DNA of 5,821 nucleotides from a virus (Duplodnaviria; Heunggongvirae; Uroviricota; Caudoviricetes): IMG/VR virus record IMGVR_UViG_2660238499_000005; one strand, 5' to 3'. Shown piece by piece: positions 1 to 5,214 of this stretch (position 1 is its first letter; each line of letters starts with the position of its first letter). The notes under the pieces were generated by a model. It saw only the letters and a program-made list of their open reading frames with translations, ran no database searches and was not told where the DNA came from. The position numbers and the translations under genes were made by a program.

Positions 1-254
1 AAAGTCATCGGGCATTATCTGAACATAAAACACTATCAATAAGTTGGAGTCATTACCTAAGTCAGGTATAAATATAAGTGACATTGCCCAAGAATTCAAA
101 ACCTCGCGGCAAACCATTTTAAGAGCTAAAGCAAAAAATCAGACACCTGATATATAAAAATAATCTCGGTGTGAGATTCCTTACGTTTTCCAAGCCCCCC
201 TTCCTAGCCTTAAATGGAAAGATACTTCTAATTATAGAATTTATATATCTTACC

Positions 255-422
255 CTACGGTAGGGCTGGCCATTCAATATCCGGTGCAGTTGATGTATCA
301 ACACGGTTCAGCAACACCCGATACTTTTTCCAGGCTTCCAGCAACAAGGTTTCTTCCTCCGTTGCGATCTCCAGATCCACAGCATCCTGAAGCGGCGCTA
401 TATGCTCACTGGCTACCTGCAT
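255..422 (-). CDS. Hypothetical small acidic protein (55 aa), divergent from the repressor gene
   Basis: Hand-translated minus-strand ORF below the ORF-track size cutoff: ATG at 420-422 (revcomp), stop TAG at 255-257, product [55 protein letters not shown]. Composition is protein-like, unlike the proline-rich plus-strand ORF 284..517 it overlaps. No clear Shine-Dalgarno and no HTH signature. Confidence 0.25.
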   Translation of the reverse strand: MQVASEHIAPLQDAVDLEIATEEETLLLEAWKKYRVLLNRVDTSTAPDIEWPALP

Positions 423-564
423 CAGGCTGTTTTTTGTTTCTTCCGCCTACCTGTAATACTGATTGCGAGTTGAATGGTTTGATTTGTCATTATCAATTCC
501 TATTGGTATTGCAATGAATGAATAATATCAATGCGTATTAATCCAAGCAATAGCAAAACGTGTT

Positions 565-592
565 TTGACCATCAATACGCAAGCGTATAAAT
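565..592 (+). promoter_or_regulatory. Putative sigma70 promoter of the repressor gene (-35 TTGACC, -10 TATAAA/ATAAAT)
   Basis: TTGACC at 565-570 and TATAAA at 586-591 (or ATAAAT at 587-592), spacer 15-16 bp. The ATG at 601 lies about 9 bp after the -10 and has no Shine-Dalgarno, so the transcript would be leaderless or nearly so. Confidence 0.4.
575..588. promoter_or_regulatory. Operator-like inverted repeat ATACGC-AA-GCGTAT overlapping the -10 element
   Basis: 6-bp arms that are exact reverse complements around a 2-bp centre, seen directly in the sequence. An extra GCGTAT half-site lies at 534-539. Position is consistent with autoregulation, but binding is not shown. Confidence 0.3.
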
Positions 593-600
593 TAAAACTT

Positions 601-1293
601 ATGAAAAAAGAAACTCTTGCTGATCGCTTAAACCTAGCGATGGAACAATCTGGAATGTCTCAAGGCGCTCTTGCAAAGGCGTCTGGCGTAGCTCAACCCA
701 CAATCTGGAGACTGACAAGCGGCAACGCTCGCGGCTCAACAAAAATTGTTGAAATAGCTAATGCATTGGGTGTTCGAACAGAATGGCTCTCATCAGGCAT
801 AGGCCCGATGAGAAATGACGGTCAACAATCAGGGAAGCCTGCTGTCAGCCATTCAAAATACTTCAAGATTGACGTTCTTGATATAGAAGTGAGTGCCGGG
901 CCGGGAGTCATCAACCGTGAGTTTGTAGAAGTTCTACGCTCGGTTGAGTACTCGTTTGACGATGCTCGTCACATGTTCGATGGTAGGAAGGCAGAAAATA
1001 TCCGCATCATTAACGTACGCGGTGACAGCATGTCAGGAACGATCGAACCAGGTGATCTGCTGTTCGTTGATATCACGGTTAAATCTTTCGACGGTGATGG
1101 TATCTATGCGTTTCTGTATGACGACACCGCCCATGTAAAGCGCCTGCAAATGATGAAGGATAAGCTACTGGTTATCTCTGATAACAAGAGCTACTCACCG
1201 TGGGACCCGATCGAGAAAGACGAGATGAACCGGGTATTCATATTCGGTAAGGTTATTGGGAGCATGCCGCAGACGTACAGAAAACACGGATAA
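601..1293 (+). CDS. CI/LexA-like prophage repressor: N-terminal XRE-type HTH plus C-terminal S24 peptidase domain (SOS-cleavable)
   Basis: HTH segment MSQGALAKASGVAQPTIWRLTSG; Ala-Gly cleavage-site candidate in EVSAGPGV; catalytic Ser in GDSMSG and Lys in HVKRL with LexA/lambda-CI-like spacing; C-terminal FGKVIG motif. The ORF track opens at TTG 565; ATG 601 (MKKETLADRL...) is preferred as the start. Confidence 0.85.
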   Translation: MKKETLADRLNLAMEQSGMSQGALAKASGVAQPTIWRLTSGNARGSTKIVEIANALGVRTEWLSSGIGPMRNDGQQSGKPAVSHSKYFKIDVLDIEVSAGPGVINREFVEVLRSVEYSFDDARHMFDGRKAENIRIINVRGDSMSGTIEPGDLLFVDITVKSFDGDGIYAFLYDDTAHVKRLQMMKDKLLVISDNKSYSPWDPIEKDEMNRVFIFGKVIGSMPQTYRKHG

Positions 1294-1375
1294 TCAGCCG
1301 CGTGTTGATGAGGCTTTTGGGTAATACGCTGAAGAAAATACCTTATAAAAAATAACATTACGGGAAAGGCAAAAA

Positions 1376-1639
1376 ATGAGTAATAAAACACTTGTTAAAA
1401 AATCAAATAACTGTGTCGATGCATACGCCGACGCGTTTGGCTACTCTTCGTTTGGTGACGGCTCTCAGCGCCTAGGTTCAATTTCTTTTTTTCATAATGT
1501 AACTGAATGGCCTGTTGATGAAAGTGACGATGTTGAGAACATAAAGTACAACATTGCAACCATTAGAATGCCCGAAGAATTGATGCTTAAATTGGCTGAC
1601 TTCATTCGCGACCAGCATGACAAAGCTAAAACAAACTAA
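1376..1639 (+). CDS. Hypothetical 87-aa protein, first gene of the repressor-linked cassette
   Basis: ORF with SD-like GGAAAGG 6 nt upstream of the ATG; 82 bp downstream of the repressor stop on the same strand. Acidic, no signal peptide or TM segment. The C-terminal IATIRMPEELMLKLADFIRDQ resembles a beta-strand/helix of ribbon-helix-helix proteins but is too short to be a complete fold. Confidence 0.55.
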   Translation: MSNKTLVKKSNNCVDAYADAFGYSSFGDGSQRLGSISFFHNVTEWPVDESDDVENIKYNIATIRMPEELMLKLADFIRDQHDKAKTN

Positions 1640-1651
1640 TCGTAATTAATT

Positions 1652-2095
1652 ATGAAACACGATTATTACGAAGCTCCAAACCTAAATGATAAAATTGCAA
1701 AGGCGGCAAAATCATTTTGTTTGCACTCCAGTGCGTCTTCCCAGCTAGCAGGTATATCTGGAAAAAGATGGGACATGCTACAATCAAGTGGTAGCAGTGG
1801 GTCTGGGAGTGATAACATGCCTGAAAAAGTTGCAAAACTGGAGTCCGATGTTGCTCATATCAAACGAGACGTTGATGAACTTAAAACAGACGTTAAAGCT
1901 ATCGACAAAAATATGATAACTATTCTTGCACGTCTGGACTCTATAAAAGAATCCTTAACAAACAAGCCATCAAGTGATGCTGTCGATAGAAAGATTTCAG
2001 ACGCAAAGCTTGCGGTATTGCTTGGTGTTCCAGCAATCATCGCTGCAGGAACAGGACTTTATAAGCTATCAATGTACTTTTTCTTTAGTGCTTAA
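1652..2095 (+). CDS. Hypothetical 147-aa protein: N-terminal region, Ser/Gly linker, coiled coil, single C-terminal transmembrane anchor
   Basis: ORF starts 12 nt after the upstream stop (possible translational coupling, no SD). Contains SSGSSGSGSD linker, heptad-like KLESDVAHIKRDVDELKTDVKAIDKNMITILARLDSIKE, and hydrophobic LAVLLGVPAIIAAGTGLYKL near the C-terminus. An in-frame ATG at 1817 with strong SD GGGAG (1805-1809, 7-nt spacer) would give a 92-aa coiled-coil + TM product. Confidence 0.65.
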   Translation: MKHDYYEAPNLNDKIAKAAKSFCLHSSASSQLAGISGKRWDMLQSSGSSGSGSDNMPEKVAKLESDVAHIKRDVDELKTDVKAIDKNMITILARLDSIKESLTNKPSSDAVDRKISDAKLAVLLGVPAIIAAGTGLYKLSMYFFFSA

Positions 2096-2172
2096 GAAAA
2101 TGCTCGCACCCTTGCATTAGGTAAAGCGATTTTTCATTCCCCATTACCCTCGCTCTTAACCAATCATCTAAA

Positions 2173-2199
2173 CCCGGCCACCGTGCCGGGTTTTCTTTT
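2173..2199 (+). terminator. Rho-independent terminator closing the repressor/cassette operon
   Basis: GC-rich stem CCCGGC (2173-2178) / GCCGGG (2185-2190), 6-nt loop, followed by TTTTCTTTT (2191-2199). The U-tract is on the + strand only. Confidence 0.6.
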
Positions 2200-2324
2200 G
2201 CCCTCCCCTCATCACACACCGTTCAAAAAACCACCACGACCTCACTTCAGTTATCGCTATGCGATGCAAGTCACAAAATTAATTCTTTTTGCTATCAAAC
2301 ATTTAATATCAAAACACATCAACT

Positions 2325-2421
2325 AATAGCAATAAGTATTGATATCACCAATAGCAATAGCTATTATCACCATATCGCAACAACACAACGATACGGCAAC
2401 CACCTGATTCACCGTTGCGAT
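2325..2421. repeat. Cluster of short iterated motifs in a non-coding AT-rich block
   Basis: AATAGCAATA direct repeat at 2325-2334 and 2350-2359; TATCACCA direct repeat at 2343-2350 and 2365-2372 (22 bp start to start); 10-bp palindrome AATAGCTATT at 2356-2365; 8-bp inverted repeat ATCGCAAC (2374-2381) / GTTGCGAT (2414-2421). The 8-mer AATAGCAA also occurs at 549-556, just upstream of the repressor promoter. Confidence 0.35.
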
Positions 2422-2644
2422 GACCGCTTAGATCCGCAGCTTGAATTTCAGCAGGCTTCGGGGAGTGCGAGGGATGAAACGGACGCGTGAACGTCGGTGT
2501 GACCAGCTGAAATCAACTCAACATTTCATACCTTAGTCGCTTCAACGAGGCGGCTTAGTTATGACAACCGGCGGCCATCCACCGCCTGAATACGCGCAGA
2601 AGTCTTTATATGTTCAGCAGCCCAGCTTACGGGCAGGAGTTTTT

Positions 2645-2851
2645 ATGGTTCATCAACATTACGGAACGCAGACCGTTAATCGCGGTGCGGTCATGCCAGG
2701 AATGCTGGTCAAACGCAAAGATGGTACCTGGACTGCATCAGCTAATTTACGCGGACGACTTTATCTGCATCGCGGCATTGAGCGCACTTATACCCGTGAC
2801 TTGCTCGTGGAAGTTTTTCTCGACGGACGCGGCAACGGTCTGAATCACTAA
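2645..2851 (+). CDS. Hypothetical small protein (68 aa from ATG 2645; 96 aa if started at 2561)
   Basis: ATG at 2645 is preceded by AGGAG (2635-2639) with a 5-nt spacer; the upstream ATG at 2561 has only a weak GAGG. Product MVHQHYGTQTVNRGAVMPGMLVKRKDGTWTASANLRGRLYLHRGIERTYTRDLLVEVFLDGRGNGLNH; no family recognised. Confidence 0.45.
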   Translation: MVHQHYGTQTVNRGAVMPGMLVKRKDGTWTASANLRGRLYLHRGIERTYTRDLLVEVFLDGRGNGLNH

Positions 2852-2926
2852 TCCCCTTTCCTGTTTTCCGAATCAGCCTGGCATTCCGCGGGCGATTTTT
2901 TCACAGCCATTTTCAGGAGTTCAGCC

Positions 2927-3211
2927 ATGAACGCTTATTACATTCAGGATCGTCTTGAGGCTCAGAGCTGGGCGCGTCACTACCAGCAGATCGCCCGTGA
3001 AGAGAAAGAGGCAGAACTGGCAGACGACATGGAAAAAGGCCTGCCCCAGCACCTGTTTGAATCGCTATGCATCGATCATTTGCAACGCCACGGGGCCAGC
3101 AAAAAAGCCATTAGGCGCGATCACTTTCATCTACTCCGTTACAAAGCGAGGCTGGGTATTTCCCGGCCTTTCTGTTATCAGAAATCCACTGAAAGCACAG
3201 CGGCTGGCTGA
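2927..3211 (+). CDS. Hypothetical prophage protein (94 aa)
   Basis: Strong SD AGGAG (2915-2919) 7 nt before the ATG. Charged, helical-looking N-terminus ([38 protein letters not shown]...). Same strand and direction as the integrase remnant. Confidence 0.5.
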   Translation: MNAYYIQDRLEAQSWARHYQQIAREEKEAELADDMEKGLPQHLFESLCIDHLQRHGASKKAIRRDHFHLLRYKARLGISRPFCYQKSTESTAAG

Positions 3212-3238
3212 GAAGATAAATAATAAACGGGAGGCGGT

Positions 3239-3430
3239 ATGCACAAAGCATCTCCTGTTGAGTTAAGAACGAGTATTGAGATGGCACATAGCCTTGCTCA
3301 AATTGGAGTCAGGTTTGTGCCAATACCAGTAGAAACAGACGAAGAATTTCATACGTTAGCCACATCCCTTTCACAAAAGCTGGAAATGATGGTGGCGAAA
3401 GCAGAAGCAGATGAGAGAGACCAGGTATGA
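3239..3430 (+). CDS. Hypothetical prophage protein (63 aa)
   Basis: SD GGGAGG (3229-3234) 4 nt before the ATG. Product MHKASPVELRTSIEMAHSLAQIGVRFVPIPVETDEEFHTLATSLSQKLEMMVAKAEADERDQV. Lies immediately upstream of the integrase fragment, where xis or early accessory genes sit in lambdoid phages, but has no recognisable excisionase motif. Confidence 0.5.
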   Translation: MHKASPVELRTSIEMAHSLAQIGVRFVPIPVETDEEFHTLATSLSQKLEMMVAKAEADERDQV

Positions 3431-3440
3431 CAACCACTGA

Positions 3441-3719
3441 ATGCATTTTTCTGGCAGCGGGCTTCATATTCTGTGTGCTTATGCTTTCCGTTTCCATGAC
3501 CTCAGACACACCTGGGCAAGCTGGCTGATTCAGTCAGGCGTCCCATTATCAGTGCTTCAGGAAATGGGCGGATGGGAGTCCATAGAAATGGTTCGTAGGT
3601 ATGCTCACCTTGCGCCTAATCATTTGACAGAGCATGCGAGGAAAATAGACGACATTTTTGGTGATAATGTCCCAAATATGTCCCACTCTGGAATTATGGA
3701 GGATATAAAGAAGGCGTAA
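3441..3719 (+). pseudogene. Tyrosine recombinase (phage integrase) C-terminal fragment; N-terminal and core domains absent
   Basis: Encodes only the catalytic tail ...[51 protein letters not shown]... (H-x-x-R box and catalytic Tyr in RRYAHL). Intact integrases of this type are several-fold longer than this fragment. Nothing integrase-like is encoded upstream in any frame. The 3' end lies 15 bp from the 3' end of the tRNA. Confidence 0.8.
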
Positions 3720-3734
3720 CTGATTGAATTGTAA

Positions 3735-3811
3735 TGGCGCGCCCTGCAGGATTCGAACCTGCGGCCCACGACTTAGAAGGTCGTTGCTCTATCCAACTGA
3801 GCTAAGGGCGC
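3735..3811 (-). tRNA. argU: tRNA-Arg (anticodon UCU)
   Basis: Reverse complement reads GCGCCCTTAGCTCAGTTGGATAGAGCAACGACCTTCTAAGTCGTGGGCCGCAGGTTCGAATCCTGCAGGGCGCGCCA. The 7-bp acceptor stem pairs (GCGCCCT/AGGGCGC), the anticodon loop is CU-UCU-AA, the T-loop is GGTTCGAAT, and CCA is encoded. argU is a known prophage integration site in E. coli. Confidence 0.95.
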
Positions 3812-3842
3812 GTTGATACCGCAATGCGGTGTAATCGCGTGA

Positions 3843-3870
3843 ATTATACGGTCAACCCTTGCTGAGTCAA
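3843..3870 (-). promoter_or_regulatory. Putative argU promoter (TTGACT - 16 bp - TATAAT, GC-rich discriminator)
   Basis: On the minus strand, TTGACT (plus 3865-3870) and TATAAT (plus 3843-3848) with a 16-bp spacer, followed by TCACGCG, the GC-rich discriminator typical of stable-RNA promoters. About 30 nt upstream of the mature tRNA 5' end. Confidence 0.5.
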
Positions 3871-4053
3871 TGGCTTTTGATCTGGTTGCTGAACAAGTGA
3901 ACGACCGCGTCTGATTTTCTGATTTATTTCGCTATAGCGGCAAACAAACACACACCGCTGCGCGTCTGAATCAAGAAAACCCGTATTTTCATGTATCAAA
4001 GTACAATTTACCGCCCTAACGGAAAATTGTCCGCTCCTATGAGACTGGTAACT

Positions 4054-4686
4054 ATGAAACCAACGTCGGTGATCATTATGGATACTCATCCTATCATCAG
4101 AATGTCTATTGAAGTTCTGTTGCAAAAAAACAGTGAATTGCAGATTGTCCTGAAAACGGATGATTACCGCATAACCATCGATTATCTCCGAACCCGTCCT
4201 GTTGATTTAATCATTATGGATATAGACTTGCCCGGAACAGACGGTTTTACCTTCCTGAAAAGGATCAAACAAATCCAGAGCACAGTGAAAGTGTTATTTT
4301 TATCATCGAAATCAGAATGCTTTTATGCTGGCAGAGCGATACAAGCTGGTGCTAACGGTTTTGTCAGTAAATGCAATGATCAGAATAATATTTTTCATGC
4401 CGTTCAGATGATCCTCTCCGGATACACGTTTTTTCCCAGCGAAACGCTTAACTATATAAAAAGCAATAAATGTAGTACGAATAGTTCAACGGTCACTGTG
4501 CTATCTAATCGTGAAGTGACCATATTACGTTATCTGGTTAGCGGATTATCTAATAAAGAAATTGCCGATAAGTTATTACTTAGCAATAAAACAGTTAGTG
4601 CGCATAAATCTAATATTTATGGCAAGCTAGGTTTGCATTCAATTGTAGAGCTTATCGACTACGCCAAATTATACGAATTAATATAA
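4054..4686 (+). CDS. fimZ: LuxR/NarL-family response regulator FimZ (receiver domain plus C-terminal LuxR-type HTH)
   Basis: Receiver signature VIIMDTHPIIR...VDLIIMDIDLPGTDG...KVLFLSS; C-terminal LuxR HTH LSNREVTILRYLVSGLSNKEIADKLLLSNKTVSAHKSNIYGKLG. The 210-aa product from ATG 4054 fits the family; the ORF-track start at 3991 adds a 21-aa extension judged unlikely. Adjacent to argU as in E. coli. Confidence 0.9.
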   Translation: MKPTSVIIMDTHPIIRMSIEVLLQKNSELQIVLKTDDYRITIDYLRTRPVDLIIMDIDLPGTDGFTFLKRIKQIQSTVKVLFLSSKSECFYAGRAIQAGANGFVSKCNDQNNIFHAVQMILSGYTFFPSETLNYIKSNKCSTNSSTVTVLSNREVTILRYLVSGLSNKEIADKLLLSNKTVSAHKSNIYGKLGLHSIVELIDYAKLYELI

Positions 4687-4688
4687 TA

Positions 4689-5204
4689 TTAATTATAATT
4701 GATCATAAATATCGCATCCGCTTTCGCCACACCTGGCCGAACACCGCTGGCTAACGCTCGATAATTGGCAAAAAAGTTTAGTGTGACATTGCCATTTGCA
4801 TCTACTTCCTCAGTCGGGCTCGCCGCTCCCAGTGCGAGCCGGGAGCGATCGCTATTACGTAATTCGATGGCGATGGTTTGCGCCATTGCGGGATCATCCA
4901 GAGCCAGCAGGTTGGTATCGGATGCCGGCGTTCCCGTAAATAAAATCGCAACTGAACCCGGAGGACATCCCTCCAGCCGCAGGCTAAAAGGGACGAGTGC
5001 CGTGGTATCGCCAGCGTTCAGTAATTGTGTCGTAGGCCATCTGCCTAAATCTACCGTCTTATCAATATCCGCAGTGTTTACGGTACAGGAGAAATCAACA
5101 ACGTTACCGTGCAAATTGATATTAATCGTTCCCAAAGGGTCAGCTGCCCATCCACTGGAAATCCACAGTAACCCGCAGAAACAGCTAAAGAGTGCTCTTC
5201 TCAT
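4689..5204 (-). CDS. sfmF: Fimbrial minor subunit of a type-1-like chaperone-usher operon (171 aa, with signal peptide)
   Basis: Product from the internal Met is MRRALFSCFCGLLWISSGWAADPLG... (Sec signal peptide, then fimbrial-subunit-like beta-rich sequence ending FMINYN). SD GGAGA precedes the ATG at 5202-5204. The ORF-track start at 5399 would overlap the upstream gene and is rejected. Symbol assigned from gene order in E. coli K-12, not from a search. Confidence 0.75.
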   Translation of the reverse strand: MRRALFSCFCGLLWISSGWAADPLGTININLHGNVVDFSCTVNTADIDKTVDLGRWPTTQLLNAGDTTALVPFSLRLEGCPPGSVAILFTGTPASDTNLLALDDPAMAQTIAIELRNSDRSRLALGAASPTEEVDANGNVTLNFFANYRALASGVRPGVAKADAIFMINYN

Positions 5205-5214
5205 TCTCCGTACC

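Noticed and set aside
162-178. Hairpin AATCTC-GGTGT-GAGATT followed on the minus strand by ATTTTTAT, a possible weak terminator
   Set aside because: Stem is only 6 bp and AT-rich, with an interrupted U-tract; too weak to call as a terminator.
119-304. Minus-strand 61-aa ORF
   Set aside because: Translation is Arg/Ile/Phe-rich and unnatural in AT-rich DNA; no RBS; overlaps the palindrome and the 55-aa ORF in another frame.
284-517. Plus-strand 77-aa ORF upstream of the repressor
   Set aside because: Proline-rich, low-complexity translation with no RBS; the opposite strand carries a more protein-like ORF (255..422). Likely spurious.
565-600. TTG start at 565 extending the repressor by 12 codons
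   Set aside because: The TTGACC at 565-570 serves better as a -35 element; ATG 601 gives a typical repressor N-terminus.
944-1391. ORFs 944..1138 (+) and 1191..1391 (-) overlapping the repressor gene
   Set aside because: Alternative-frame or antisense ORFs inside a well-supported CDS; Cys/Phe-rich translations.
1650-2040. Minus-strand ORFs 1650..1835 and 1855..2040
   Set aside because: Antisense to the 147-aa gene, no RBS, implausible composition.
2610-2843. 77-aa ORF in an alternative frame to 2645..2851
   Set aside because: Cys/Trp-rich translation, no SD; the other frame has a strong AGGAG RBS.
2955-3266. 103-aa ORF overlapping 2927..3211 in another frame, possibly indicating a frameshifted gene
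   Set aside because: No RBS and highly basic, low-complexity translation; 2927..3211 and 3239..3430 each have their own strong SD, so two separate genes is more parsimonious. A frameshift cannot be fully excluded without homologues.
3309-3509. Minus-strand 66-aa ORF spanning the junction of the 63-aa ORF and the int fragment
   Set aside because: Antisense to two supported plus-strand features; no RBS.
1-3734. Search for a direct repeat of the tRNA 3'-end core (TGGCGCGCCCTGCAGGATTCGAACC) marking the distal att site
   Set aside because: No second copy is visible in the window; the other prophage boundary presumably lies beyond position 1.
3844-4125. Minus-strand 93-aa ORF across the argU promoter and the fimZ start
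   Set aside because: Overlaps a near-consensus tRNA promoter and the fimZ 5' end; His/Arg-rich translation; likely spurious.
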